A stretch of 64,000 nt of DNA from Mobula hypostoma (Eukaryota): NCBI RefSeq assembly GCF_963921235.1, contig NC_086104.1, forward strand, positions 137,330,001 through 137,394,000. The letters run 5' to 3'. The translations under genes and the position numbers were made by a program. The notes beneath the pieces were generated by a model. That model was given only the letters and a program-made list of their open reading frames with translations, had not been told where the DNA came from and did not search any database. Positions 1 through 13,051 of this stretch are shown one piece after another. Every line of letters begins with the position of its first letter. Position 1 is the first letter of the stretch.

Positions 1-1470
1 CTTCCCTTGTCAGCCACGATTGCCTCATCCTCCTTTTAGAATACCTCTCTATGTTTGGAATACATCCATCCTGCGCCTTCCAAATTGCCCCCAAGAACTC
101 CTGCCATTGTTTCTCTGCCATTATCCCTGCTTGCGTCCCCCTTCAATCAACTTTGGCCAACTCCTCTCTCATGCCTCTGTAACTCACTTTACCACACTGT
201 AATACTGATACATCTGACTTTATCTTCTCCTTCTCAAACTGCAGGGGGAATTCTATCATAATATGATCACTGTTTTATAAGGGTTCCTTTACCTTCAACG
301 CCTAATCAAATTTGGTGCCCAATCCAGACTTGACATTCCCCAAGTGGGCTCAAGCAGAAGCTGCTCTAAAAAGCCTTCACATGGGCATTCTACAAATCTC
401 CTCTCTTGGGATCCAAAACCAACCTGATTTTCCCAATCTACCTGTTTATTGAAATCCCCGTAACATTGCCCTTCTTACATGGCTTTTCGATCTCCTGTTA
501 TAATTTGTATCCCACATCCTGGCCACTGTTCGGAGGCCTGTATCTAACTCGCATCATAGTCTTTTCACCCTTGCAGTTTCTTAACCTCTATCCACAAGGA
601 TTCTACATCTCCCATCCTATGTCACCTATTTCGAAGGATTTGATTTCATTTTTACCAACAGAGTGATCCCACCCTCTGCCTATCTTTTTGATATAATGTG
701 TATCCTTGGATGTTAAACTCCCAATTATGATCTTCTTTTACCCACAATTTACTGATGTCCAAAACGTCGTACCTGACCAAACTCTCATTGAGCTACAATA
801 TCATCTACCTTATTCGGTATTCTGTGTGCATTCAAATATATACACCTTCAGTCCTGTAGTCATCACCCTTTTCAATTTTGCCCTTATGTTACACTTCAAC
901 TTATCCCACTGACTGCAATTTTGCCGTCATCTACCTGTTCTTCATCAGAGTCTCACTACACGATGCTTCTGCTTGTATTCCAACTGCCCCATCCTCAGCC
1001 CTATCATTCTGGTTTCCGTCCCCCCTGCAAACTTAGTTTAAACCGCTCCACAACACCCCTAGCAAACATGCCCGCAAGGATATTGGCCTCCCTCCTGTTC
1101 AGGTGTAACCCATCTTTTTTTGGATAGGTCATACCTTCCCCCGAGGAGACGCCAGTGATCCCCAGAAATCTGAAACCCTGCCCCTTGCGCCAATTACTCA
1201 GCCATGTGTTCATCTGCCAAGTCATCCTCGTCCTACTCTGACTGGTGCATGGCACAGGCAACAATCCAGAGATTGCTACCCTGCCTTTCAGCTTTCTACC
1301 TCACCCCCTTCAGGAGCTCCTCCATTTCCTACCTTTGTCATTGGTACCAATATGTGCCATAACTTCTAGCTGCTCACCCTCCCCCTTTAGAATGGTGTAG
1401 ACTCTGACAGAGACATCCATGACCCCGGCACATTGGAGGCGAAATTACATCCTGGTGTCTCTTTCATGAC
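1..1470 (-). mobile_element. CR1 LINE fragment (ORF1 esterase end and start of ORF2)
   Basis: KDGLHLNRREANILAGMFARGV matches the CR1 ORF1 SGNH-esterase motif. 1-420 is homologous to the CR1 copies at 27400-27800 and 41665-41900. Confidence 0.75.
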
Positions 1471-2619
1471 AAGTATCTCATTTGTGTTTCATCTCAATAA
1501 GGGCTTCGTCTACTTGTGTAGATACAGACAGAAAGCCATGACCTTGTCAGTTATTCACCAGCATGTTAGTTAGTTGGGTATCACTTAGGTATAGCTTAAA
1601 TTAATCCATTTAGCTTATTGTCACTTACGCTGTGTAATGAAATTCCTTGTCTGCATGAAGAGTAAACAGTAGACATGATAATAATAATTTATAATTGTAA
1701 TGTATAATGTTCTGTGTGTAGTTGTCTGAAACTATGTGCCCGACATGCTGGTGCAAGTCTTTAATTGTTCCTGTATCTCACCGTACTTGTGCACATGACG
1801 ATCAACTGAATTCGGTATGACTTGAACAACAAATGCGACGATAAGGCAAAACAACCGGACAGCGGAAAGAAATCTGAAGCAGCGCGAAAGGAAATGGTAC
1901 AAAAGCAGAAACCGGAGTGAAATTTTCATCTTTAACAAAAAAAAATGAAATCGTTCTTTGTGTGCACTGTGCCAAGCTGAAACTGAACAGCTGAGCGTGA
2001 CTGGCTTGTAACCATAAGGAAGATCCTCGTTACGGCGAGGTAATTAAGGCTTGAGAGTAAAGTGGAGGTTATTAAAGCGCCGCTGCTGGCAGCTGGTTCC
2101 TGGCTGTACTCCCACTGGCTCGGGAGCAGGTCAGCAGCACCCAAATTAATGGGTGCAAAACGCTGATAATAAAGAAGGCATTTTAAATACAGCATTGCAG
2201 CACTTTTGCACAAATGACACACTGTGCAAAATGCGGCTATTCAGCTGCTTGGGGTGGATGCTCAGTGGCAGGAAATCTAACAATCCTCGGTACTACCAGT
2301 CGAAATTACCGCAGCGCAGCTGAAGCTCTGTAATTTGTTTCAATCCCCCTGGTCGGGGAAAGCGAAAATCATGCTCTTGATTGTTGAAAATGTGTGCACA
2401 CTTCTCTCTGCCTTCTTTGGGTCAGATGCGGCAGGATATTGAGCGGGCAATCAACTCCCATCGTGTTTTGCTGTAGAACAGAACAAAGTCTTGACGGCCA
2501 CCTCAGCAAGGGGTTAATTCTGCAGGAAAGGAAGAAAGGAAAAAAAATGTTCTCCAAAGCTGCTGCCATTCTATCAGTTTTCGCAATCTCTGCAGAGGCC
2601 TTGCTATTTAATTTAGTTT

Positions 2620-2838
2620 AGAGAAACATCACGGTAACAGGCGCGTCCGGCCCAATTACACCCGTGTGATCGATAAATCTACACATCCCTACATCTTTGG
2701 AATGTGGGAGGAAACCGGAGGACCACGAGGGAACCCACGCTGTCACATGGAGAATGTAAAGACTCCTTACAGGCAGGGTCGGGAATTGAACCCGGAACGC
2801 TAGCACTGTAAAAGCGTTACACTAACTGCTATGCTACT
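2620..2838 (-). mobile_element. tRNA-derived V-SINE (HE1-like)
   Basis: A box AGCAGTTAGTG, B box GGGTTCAATTCC, V-domain ggtttcctcccacattccaaag. Confidence 0.75.
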
Positions 2839-3599
2839 CGAAGCAGTAAGTGCACCTGTACGAACAACATAAAGGGAACCAATTCTGTGCCAGCTCGTTC
2901 CACAATAATTTGTATGATTATGGAGCATCTTTAATGAAATAAAGGATGTGCTCTACAGAAGCATATTAAGTAAGGGCACACAAGCAGATGATGAAAAGCC
3001 TGAGGACTGCGGAAGATTTTAAGAGCTTCTTGACGGGCATGAACTTTAAGATTGGAATTCCACAGTTTAGAATCTGAGCAGCTGAGGTTATGAGTGCTGA
3101 TGTAAAGCATCTCTGAGAGAAACAAAATGCCTGAGCTTTGTCACATTTACAGGGAGAGAGAGAAAGAGATGAGACTTTGAAGGTATTCAAACGTTGGTGA
3201 AAACTTGCCTGAGCATGTCAGCATACCATTGACATAGCTAGTATAGTTATTTGTTCATTATGTGATCGGTTGTCAGTAGGAACACTTACACTTTCAGGTG
3301 CTCCTTAGGCTAGCTGTTAGTTATGGATGAGGAAGGACATCTTCATTCATCCATCCAATAGTTTTCCTATTTGTCTCTCCCACAATTCTACCCAGAGCAC
3401 ACAAGTGCAATATATTCTTCCCCGTGTCTGTAGATTGTCTTCACGACTCTTAAGTGCCATTGTGTCAGTCTATGTATTACAATAGAAATGTTGTGATTGC
3501 CTTTTGTTTCAGTTAATTAATTAACGGGTTAATTAAAACCTCCTGGGGAAGTGTCACCACAGAAGACGGATGCCAGTCAACAGTGAAAGGAAAGAAATT

Positions 3600-4332
3600 T
3601 AGACAACAGACAATAGGGTCAGGAGTAGGCCATTCGGCCCTTCGAGCCAGCACCGCCATTCACTGTGATCATGGCTGATCATCCACAATCTGTATCCAGT
3701 CCCTGCTTTATCCTCATAACCCTTGATTCTGCTATCTTTAAGAGCTCTATCCATCCCTTTCTTGAAAGCATCCAGAGACTTGGCCTCCACAGCCTTCTGG
3801 GGCAGAGCATTCCATATATCCACCACTCTCTGGGTGAAAAAGTTTTTCCTCAAATCCGTTCTAAATGGCCTACCCCTTATTCTTAAACTGTGGCCTCTGG
3901 TTCTGGACTCATCCATCGGCGGGAACATGCTTCCTGCCTCCAGCGTGTCCAATCCCTTAATAGTCTTATATGTTTCAATAAGATCCCCTCTCAGCCTTCT
4001 AAATTCCAGAGTATACAAGCCCAGTCACTCCAATCTTTCAACATATGATAATCCCGCCATCCCGGGAATTAACCTTGTGAACCTACGCTGCACTCCCTCA
4101 CTAGCAAGAATGTCCTTCCTCAAATTTGGAGACCAAAATTGCACACAGTACTCGAGGTGTGGTCTCACCAGGGCCCTGGACAGCTGCAGAAGGACCTCTT
4201 TGCTCTTATATTCAATTCCCCTTGTTATGAAGGACAGCATGTCATTAGCTTTCTTCACTGCCTGCTGTACTTGCATGCTTGCTTTCAGTGACTGATGAAC
4301 AAGAACACCTAGATCTCATTGCACTTCCCTAG
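3600..4332 (-). mobile_element. Young CR1 LINE 3' fragment
   Basis: VRPHLEYCVQFWSP...LEFRRLRGDLIETYK...NFFTQRVV; tail attgtctgttgtct. Confidence 0.9.
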
Positions 4333-4835
4333 GTTTTCTTCGACTATACTTCCACAAAAAGATGCAGCTCTGAGGGTGCCTCAAAGGTGGGGAGCAAATG
4401 AATTTGAAGAAACAATGCAACAGTGTGCTAATTATATAGACAGTATGACTATCGACAAAGATTTAGACCAGCTACATTGGTACAATTCCATCCCTTAAAT
4501 GATAAGTTATAAATGGTCTGAATCTGGTACAGTAAAATAGGGAACCAGGTATTAAAAGGAGGAAGAATCAGTTCGCAATGGGATGAAATCAAATAAAGGA
4601 ACTTTAGATGTTGGAAATCTGAAATAAAAATTGAAAAAAATGTAGCTGATTAGGCTGCATCCCCTGGAAAGAGGAATTGTCGGCAGTCCAGGTCTGTGAC
4701 CCTTCATTATATCTGGGAAGAGGTGCAGCAGGTCTTACACCATAGGACACGATCTGTGGATATTCCTTTGTGGAGCTGACAGTGAGATAAAATGAGTAAC
4801 AAAACTGCAGTAACAAAATGAACAACTGGACAGGT

Positions 4836-4853
4836 TTTATTAACCAGTTTATT
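4836..4853 (-). terminator. Tandem AATAAA polyadenylation signals with downstream GT/T-rich element (candidate distal LZTS1 3' end)
   Basis: tttatt at 4836-4841 and 4848-4853 on +. On - they are followed by ccagttgttcattttgttactgcagttttg. Confidence 0.35.
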
Positions 4854-5710
4854 TTAAAAGACTCTTACACATTGTGAATCACCAAGATTTCACGCCATTG
4901 GATCAGCCTTTCAGTATGGCACTTCAGAATGCTTTCAGATAGTTCCAACAGAAAAAAAACAGAAACAAATTCAGTTGGAAGCATAGTTACCTCCCAAAAC
5001 AAACATTAGCTTATGTCGCCTAAACAGTCCTCTGAGTATGATTGAGTGTTGCAGCATGTAACACATCCCTTGGGATTATGGCAATAGAAACTCGAAGCAA
5101 AGAAGAAAACTTGACCTGTTTTTCAAGAGCAGGTTCCTTGTACTAGCACCAGTACTTTATTACACCCACCCACATGTTGTTCAATGGAATAACACCGATA
5201 CAGTAAGTACACAGGCTAACTTGACATTAGTTAAGTCAGAGTAATAGAGCATGGAAACAAGCTCTTTGGCTCATCTAGTCCATGCTGTCCACAGCATCTC
5301 CCCATTACCTGCATTCAGCCCATAACCATTGTTGGAAAGAAAATGCAACTGAAGAATGAATAGTTTCTATGAAGGTGCAACTTTTTTGCTTTCTCTCCCT
5401 TAATTTGAATATAACCCGCCAATTCCCAGTGTCTTATGCTTCAGTGTCTGGTGCTCTCCCTTATAACAAAAATGATGAACCGAGCTGAAGCAATTAGATC
5501 CTTAGTGTTGGTGGACTATGTACTTTTGGCCATGAATCACTTCCTTAATAAATCAGAGAACTAGAAGAATAGATACATTAAATAAAAATTCTCAGGCTGG
5601 TTTGTACAATATTGAAGCCCTGTTTTCAGTGGCCAGTCATCCTGTCTCCTGGTTCAATTGGCTTAGAGCAGCTCTGCTCAAGATATAACTAATGGTCCAA
5701 AGCAGCCTTA

Positions 5711-6003
5711 TTTATTTATTTATTTATTTATTGAGATACGGTGTGAAGTAGGCCCTTCTGGCCCTTCGAGCCACGCTGCCCAGCAATCCCTTATTTGACC
5801 CTAACCTAATCACAGAACAATTGACAATGACCAATTTACCCTCTAACAGGTATGCCTTTGGACTGTGGAGGGAAACCAGAGCACCCGGAGGAAGCCCACG
5901 AGGTCACGTGGAGAAAGTACAATCTTCTTTTCAGTCAGCTGCTGGAATTGAACCCAGGTCATCGATACTGTAAAGCATTGTGCTAACCACTTCGCCACCA
6001 TAC
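5711..6003 (-). mobile_element. V-SINE (HE1-like) with CR1-type tail and (TAAA)n
   Basis: GTGGCGAAGTGGTTAGC, GGGTTCAATTCC, V-domain. Confidence 0.85.
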
Positions 6004-6929
6004 CACTATATTTAGTCAAGCCTAATGCAAAGCTAACAGCATAATACTTGCAAATCTGGTATTTATTTTGCAATAATGCTATATCCATTTAGCATTAAAG
6101 TTTGGCACCACAGAAGCAGCTGGATAATTTTCACTGACCACTTCGTTCCCATAAGGAGGTAATGTTGCATGAGCCAAGAATAGGTTTGAATACCTTGGTG
6201 CTGATTCTCCAGGTATGCCTCCCTCTTTATTGGAATTACTCCTCACATTAGCTTTGACTCACAAAATAAAATATTGGTGGGGATTTTCCTTTCAGATCAC
6301 GGATGGAGCACACCAATCTTACACTGACTTCTGAGGTTGAATACTGATCCTGCTAAGAGCAACTGGCAGATATTGAGCCTCATCAATAATATTTATTGCC
6401 TGTGCTCGAGGCTAACAGCTCCTGCCTTCAGTCACTCGTAAGTATTGGGATAGGATGCTGTGAAATACTGCAGCAGCTTTTTTACTGATTCAACTCTTTT
6501 GGGATCTGATCTCCTTGTGGAAGTGGACCAAGGGAGCTTTTGGGACAGACTTTCTAAAATTTAGACCCAGCAACAAGGCTGTGTGACTTGGAAGGGAATA
6601 TGCTGGTGTTTCAGAAGTGCTTGTTGCCTACAGTAGTGTGCGGTATACATTTAGGAGCCGTCCAGTACCAAAGGTGAGTAAGTGCACTGTATTTTGTAGA
6701 TATTGTGTACACTATGCATTGGAGGTGGAGAGAACCAATACGTAGTGTAGTGAATGAGTTACCTATTGAATGATGTGCTTTGTCCCCAAATGTGTCATGT
6801 TTCTTGAGTGTACTTAGAGATTTACATTCACCTGAGAGGAATGAAGGGATCTTGGCTCAACATCTCAGCTAAAGGCAGCATTTCTCAGAGTGTAGTAATC
6901 CTTCAATACCTTAATGGTCTATAGTCTAC

Positions 6930-7155
6930 AGGTTTGTCCAGAGAGTGGTGCATCTATGGAACTCCTTGCCACAGGCAGCTGTGGAGGCCAAGTCTTCATG
7001 TATATTTAAGGCAGAAGTTGATATTCTTGATTGGTCAGGGCATGAAGGGGTATGGGGGTGGGGGGAGGCGTGAGGCAGGTGATTGGGGATGAAAGGAAAA
7101 TGGATCAGCCGGGATGAAATGGCGGAGCAGATTTCTGCTCCTATGTCTTAAGGTC
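6930..7155 (+). mobile_element. CR1 3' end
   Basis: ccagagagtggtgcatctatggaactccttgccacaggcagctgtggaggcc. Confidence 0.75.
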
Positions 7156-8589
7156 TTTGTCCTTGGGTCGCTGGAGTAGATATTCCTGGACGGCTACCAC
7201 CCATCCATTCTCAGTTATTATAATTTATTACACCTTGTGTTCTGAACATGGAATGGCAGACTTCATTGCGAGACATACAACAGGCAGTGCAGTGTTCAAA
7301 GACCAATGTGCTGCTGTGGTCTTCCAAGCTGCAAGTAACAGACCCAGTCTGTTCCTCTGCCTTCCTTGGCAGGGTTGGTCAGAGAGCCTGCTGACTGCAC
7401 TGACTATTGCCAGTGTGGAAGGTGACTTGCCCTCCAGCCTCAACAAGATTAGGGATCAGATCACTGATGCTGGACTTCACAGACTTGTTGGTGCCCTCAG
7501 GCTGTGTCGGTGTTGGAATAGAGAAGCATGTGATAGGCCACAGACTGTTTCTGAATTCCATGCTTCAGTAACATTATAGGAGGAGGCTAAACTGGAGAAG
7601 CCTCCAAAGCACTTCTTCAGCACGTCTGCAGTGAACTCTGTAATTAAAACCAGCTCAGTGGAAGTGGGATTGATAGCTCTTACAGATACCTAAAGGGCTA
7701 GGGCTCATTGCCTTGAGCTTATAAAGCTTGTACCCCTCTTGGCAGTGTAACATAACCTTGAAAGGGGAACTGTTGCGCCAATTGCACTCCGATTGATGGG
7801 GAGGGCACATAAGCTTCAGCGTGCCTAGCTGCAGGGAAAGCCGGGAGCAACACATGGACAGCACCTGCACTTAGAGAACCTGTCATTTGGAAAGTTACAC
7901 AGCGCTCTCTGCTATTGTTAGCCTTTGTTAACAGAGGATGTGACCTCCAGGGGAGGTATCATTCCAATGCATGATGTAACTGCATTGTAACATGGGACTG
8001 GACTCAGGAAGGAGCCTGATGTGGAAAAATTGCCTTTTACATCACAGTGCTCAAGGAAGTGGGATACATCTGCATTTCTGATTAACGGATCATGGAGGAG
8101 AACTTCCCTTGGTGCGGCTTCATCTTCATTAGTTAAGTACTGCTTAGCTAATGCTGATGCCTTCCTTTTCTCTCACTTTGATGGAACATTAAGGAGTTAG
8201 TAATGTAAAATCTTGTGGGAGGTGGTGGTGAGAAAAGACATCTCAATGAAAAACTGAACAAAGCAGCTAAGTTGTTTAATCTTCTTTCTGTTTCGCTGCA
8301 AACAGGACAGGATGCTGTCCCTTTATCAGGGTGTCATCAGTGCTGGGCACCTTATTACCATGAATAAGGGCACAAGCAGTAAGCTCCTATAGACACCTGC
8401 CGATTGATGTGCCCATGTAACATACAGTGTTAAGAAGAGCCAGCTTGGCCTTGTCTGAGTTTAAATCTCCGGTAAGTGCATTCCATCCTGGGAGAGAGTG
8501 CCAGAAAACCCAGTTGGATAATTAAAAGTTAAATTGTAAGGTGAGTTTGTCACCTTTGTTTATTTGTGTATTGAAAGTGAAAGGGTAAC

Positions 8590-8850
8590 TTAATTATTTA
8601 TTTTATTTAGCGATACAGCATGAACTGGCCCTTCTGACCCAACAAGCAGCCCACTAGCCTAATTACAGGGCAATTTACAATGACCAATTAACCTACTAAC
8701 TGGTATGTCTTTGGCCTGTGGGAGGAAACCCACACATCACAGGGAGAACATACAACCTCCTTACATATAGTGACGCAATTGAACTCTGAACTCTTGAACG
8801 CCCCGAGCTATAATAGTGTCACGCCAACCGTTTCACAACGGTAGCGCCCC
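8590..8850 (-). mobile_element. V-SINE (HE1-like)
   Basis: Homologous to 5711-6003. Confidence 0.75.
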
Positions 8851-9286
8851 AAATTAGGAAATATAAAGGGGAATTGTTTCTGGAACCCAAATGGTGAAAG
8901 GCTGATATCAGGAAGTCTTTGCACGTACAAATGACAGTGGAACAGTGGAGCAGCTTCTAGTCTCACAAAATGGAATTGAAGTTGAAAGATTCTTTGTTTA
9001 GAAGCTCATTAAAGAGTAGACAGAGGGCAGAGAAGTGATGATCAAATTAAAATGCAGCATATTGCTTGTCTGGAGGATTTCTGCCCTGTCCTTATGATGT
9101 TTCTGGCTTCTGGATGCAGCTAGTGCTAACAATTAGATTTCTCTTGCTGTTCAGTGCTAAATCTCTAAATAAGAGCATGAAATGAAATCTATTTATTGGG
9201 ATAAATTAGCCTGGAAACAAAAGATGATTTTCTTTTAGCCGACTGCAGGACTTGTATCAGCAGTGACCATATCCGCAGAAGGCAGG

Positions 9287-9393
9287 CGTTGACTCTCTAA
9301 TCCTCTCCATAGATGCTGCCTGACCCATTGAGTTCCTCCAGCATTTTGTCTGTGCTACTCTGAATTTCCAGCATCTGCAAAATCTCTTGTGTT
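9287..9393 (+). mobile_element. PLE tail fragment starting near the hammerhead cleavage site
   Basis: cgtt|gactc...tccatagatgctgcctgacc...agttcctccagcattttg...ccagcatctgca. Confidence 0.65.
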
Positions 9394-10324
9394 TATGATT
9401 TCCAGCTGCTCTTTTATCACTGCAGGTACTGAGGTATTTTAATGTTTGAACTGAAGGTAGCTGATACCAGCCAGGATGGGATAGCCAGTCAGATTAACAG
9501 AAGGATTGAGGCCAATTAAATGATTAAAACTTAAACAAAAATTCTCCCCCACTCCTTCCACCCAGCACCAGCTCTCAATGAGCCAGCTGCTCCAGATGTT
9601 TTTGCTTTCAATACCTTTGCTTTTCAGTAATCCTTTCACTCAGCAGTCTTTCAGGTCCCTGAAGACCTAAACTCAATGCGCTGTGGGCTCATGTCTAGAC
9701 AGAACCTTTGAAAGTACTATTAACAACTGGTGCTACGGTCATGCTAGTGCAAGCAATGTTCTTTGGCATGAGGTACAATGCCATGTGCTTACAAATGTGT
9801 TTCTGTTCTCCCTGAACCCCACCTTTATCAGGTGGGCTTGTAGTGTAAGTGGCTTAGTTCTGCTTGAAGCAGATAAGCATGTAAACATTAACAGTTATAA
9901 TTCTCAACTCGTGCTGCTTTTACCTTAACAGCAGTACCAGTAAACATTTAGCAACAGCGGCGCAATGTGATTAAAAGGCAAACAATCAACTTGAAACTTA
10001 AATCCAGGGGAAGCAAAATGCCAAGCACTTTGATTCATTTGTAGTTCGAAAGTGCCATCAGAATGTCGAGAATGCACTCCCCTCGCCACAAACAAGCCCC
10101 ATTATCAACACTGGGCTTCACTGATGCCCGTATATAACTACAACCCTTTAACCAATCAGAGTGGAGATGATCGGGCAATTTCTTTGTCAGCTAGCCTTGG
10201 TGATAACATTACTCTAAGTGATTAAGGCTGATTTTCACATAGGTAATTTTCAAGTATCTATCCTTTATTTTCCTGGAGAAGTTTCCGTTTTAATCAAAGG
10301 TACTACGGTAGCCTTCTCCAAGGA

Positions 10325-10670
10325 TCGTCACCTTGTCGTGGTGGGAAGGCTTGTGAGTTCCTGAGATGCCGTCTGGAGTTTGGCCGTCTGGTGCTTCGCT
10401 CCTGATGGGGTTACACATGGTGGTAAGGTCAAGGGGGAGATTTCAGACAAAGAGCAAGCCAACTAAGACCTCAATGATGGAGCTGGCAGAAGATAATGAC
10501 ATATCACAATGGCAGCGAAGGCGGAGGAAGGCTGCAGCAGTAAAGGGTCCTCAGTCTTCTTGCTTCCATGCCAATGTCCCTGACCCTGATCAGTCAAGGA
10601 CAATGTAGTAGTGTCCATACATCAGCCTCCCCATGATAAACAAAGTTGTGAGCAGGTTCTTCTCCATTAT
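10325..10670 (+). mobile_element. RTE (Rex3/Expander-like 5' end) derived element, just downstream of the LZTS1 stop
   Basis: caccttgtcgtggtgg...cagacaaagagca resembles recalled RTE 5' UTRs. Confidence 0.45.
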
Positions 10671-10928
10671 GTACCAGAATATGTGGATTCTGTATCAACC
10701 TCTACAGCTACATGTGACCTACCAATAGACAACTTCTTAGGAGGACATTATGCCCAACTCAAGTGATCTCAAGAAAAAGACTGTGGTAGGTTGTCTCCTT
10801 AGCTGGTTAAATAGACCTTGTTTTCTGAGTAAATTAATTCTGTTTTCACAAGCCCTCTCACCACTTCTCCACCTTTGAACTCATTGGCTGATGTGGGGTC
10901 TTTCTCACTGAAGTGAGTTTTACTTTTG

Positions 10929-11624
10929 TTATATCACAGTGGCAGCGATCTCCTCAAAAGCATCGACAACTTGTCCCACTCTCTCCACCGAAGCCCTGGG
11001 TCCGAGCTGGACTGAGAGCTGCCGGACAGTCCTCTCCAGACTGTGGTTCTGACGGTGCACGTGAAGGTAGCTCTGCTGAAGCTGTTTCTGGTACTGAATC
11101 ACCCTCTCCTTCTCCGCACACCACAGCAGCCGCTCCTTTTGAAAATCCAGCATAAGCGCCTGGTTCTTCTGCTTTTCGTGCTCCAGCTGGGCTTTCAACT
11201 TGTTGACTTGCCCCTGCAGTGTTAAGGAGGCTTGCTGAGTCCGCTGCGGAGATGACGCCGGTTCAAGCTGGGAGCAGTTGGGAGAAATGTCATTTTCATC
11301 TCCACAGCCTTGTCCTTTCCAGCCCGACGAGTTCTGCTTGGAATCGAGGATCCTGCACTGGAGCAGGCTGACCTTCTCTCTCAGCAGGTCGGCCGCATTT
11401 TTCATGCGCTGCAGCTCGTTCTCGCACACCTCCAATTCTCTCACCTTGGTCTGGACTGAGTTCTGCAGCTCCTCGACCTGCAGCTCTCGAGAAGACAGCT
11501 TTCCTTTGGCCTCCCTCAGCTGGTTCCTGAAGGTCAAGGCCTCATTGGTCTTGTGCGTCAGCTCCGTCTGCGAGTCCTTCAGCTGCTGTTTCAGAAGGGA
11601 GATCACCCCAGACTTCTGGCAGAC
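10929..11624 (-). CDS. LZTS1: LZTS1-like last coding exon (Fez1 coiled coil, C-terminal PDZ-ligand-like ATVI)
   Basis: Acceptor tttctgtttcag|GTC gives VCQKSGVISLLKQQLK...ELEVCENELQR...EKERVIQYQKQLQQSY...FEEIAATVI*. Spliced total is 609 aa. Confidence 0.93.
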   Translation of the reverse strand, partial: VCQKSGVISLLKQQLKDSQTELTHKTNEALTFRNQLREAKGKLSSRELQVEELQNSVQTKVRELEVCENELQRMKNAADLLREKVSLLQCRILDSKQNSSGWKGQGCGDENDISPNCSQLEPASSPQRTQQASLTLQGQVNKLKAQLEHEKQKNQALMLDFQKERLLWCAEKERVIQYQKQLQQSYLHVHRQNHSLERTVRQLSVQLGPRASVERVGQVVDAFEEIAATVI

Positions 11625-11824
11625 CTGAAACAGAAATGAGGTGTTGTCTGTAAATATATACACGTGGACAGCAATTTGCAACAATAGAGCGCCTTTAACA
11701 CTGCTACACAACTGCGTTTTCAAATTAGGTTTGACACCAATCAAAGCTTGATCAGAGCAAGATTTTAAACAGAGAAAGGAGATACTTCCTGAAATTCCTC
11801 TAACAGCAACATAATGTTACAGCT

Positions 11825-12358
11825 CTAAAAAACCCTGGTTAGATGATACTTGGAATATTGTGTTTAGTCCGGGTCCCCTCATTATAGGAAGGATGTTGAA
11901 GTTTCAGATAGGATACCAAGGAGATTTACCAGGATGCTGCAGGATTGGAGAATATGTCGAATGAGTCAAACAGACTAGGGCTTTTCTCTTTGGAGTGAAG
12001 GAGGCCGAGGAGAAACTTGATAGACGAGTACAAGTTGATAATTGATCGAGAGAAAAGTCAAGAATCATTTTCCCAGGGTGGAAATGAGGAGGCATAATTT
12101 TTTTGATGATTGCAGGAAATTATAAGGGGTATGCCAGAGGCAAGCTTTTTCTACAGAGAGTGGTGGGTGTGTGCAATGCATTGCCAGGGGTGTTGGTAGA
12201 GGCAGGTACATTAGGGACACTTAAGAGATGCTCAGATAGGTGCATGGAAAGCAGGAAAATAGGGGGTTATGTTGGAGAGAGTTAGACTGATCTTAGAGTA
12301 GGTTAAAAGGTCAGCATAACATTGTGGACCAAAAGGGCCTGTAATGTTGTATGTTCTA
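11825..12358 (+). mobile_element. CR1 3' fragment
   Basis: FLQRVVGVCNALP-type end with CR1 3' UTR. Confidence 0.75.
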
Positions 12359-12424
12359 CAGTCCTGTACAAAAGTCTATATATATATATGTATCTAGGGT
12401 GCTGAAGACAATTGCACAGTACTG
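12359..12424. mobile_element. Tc1/mariner-type micro-MITE
   Basis: TA|CAGTCCTGTACAAAAGTCT...AGACAATTGCACAGTACTG|TA. Confidence 0.65.
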
Positions 12425-12504
12425 TATTTGTCAACGTGGAGTGGAAAGTGAGTTTGTAATTATTGTGGGAGTAAAGGACGTTGGGAACGGCGAGGGTGGA
12501 GTGA

Positions 12505-12727
12505 CAATGGACAATAGGTGCAGGAGTAGACCATTCGGCCCTCCGAGCCAGCACCGCCATTCACTGTGATCATGGCTGATCATCCACAATCTGTATCCAG
12601 TTCCTGCCTTATCCCCATAACCTTTGATTCCGCTATCTTTAAGAGCTCTATCCATCTCTTTCTTGAAAGCATCCAGAGACCTGGCCTCCACAGCCTTCTG
12701 GAGCAGAGCATTCCACATATCCACCAC
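12505..12727 (-). mobile_element. CR1 3' end, same subfamily as 3600-4332
   Basis: Near-identical to 3605-3830. Confidence 0.85.
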
Positions 12728-13051
12728 TGCAGAAGGGGCGTGGGACAGATGGCAGAGAAGGAGTGTCAGGGGTGGGGCGTGGTGCGGGTGCCAACACACC
12801 CATCCCAGCGTCATCAGGCAAGGTCATTTGTTTCCAAGCAATTGGTTTATTGATCATTACAGAAGGTATCTCTGGTGCTTCCACTCCCTCCACTCTTCCT
12901 TCTCCTTTTCCCGACCATGATTCCCCTCTCCCTACCCCCTTCCCACTCTCAGTCCACAACAGAGACCCGTATCAGAATCAGGTTTATCATCACTCACATA
13001 TATCATGACTTCTTTTGTGGCAGCAGTACAGTGCAATACATAAAATTACTA

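Noticed and set aside
3723-4295. 190-aa plus-strand ORF
   Set aside because: Antisense shadow of CR1 ORF2.
5930-6003. tRNA genes at SINE heads
   Set aside because: A/B boxes are followed by the V-domain with no full cloverleaf; these are SINEs.
7157-7579. 140-aa ORF
   Set aside because: Non-ATG start, no recognisable domain and no supported splice partners.
1-10900. ATP6V1B2 exons expected from mammalian synteny
   Set aside because: No V-ATPase B-like sequence recognised in the ORF track or by eye.
10929-11744. 271-aa ORF as a stand-alone gene
   Set aside because: The first 40 residues are intronic; homology starts at the acceptor at 11624.
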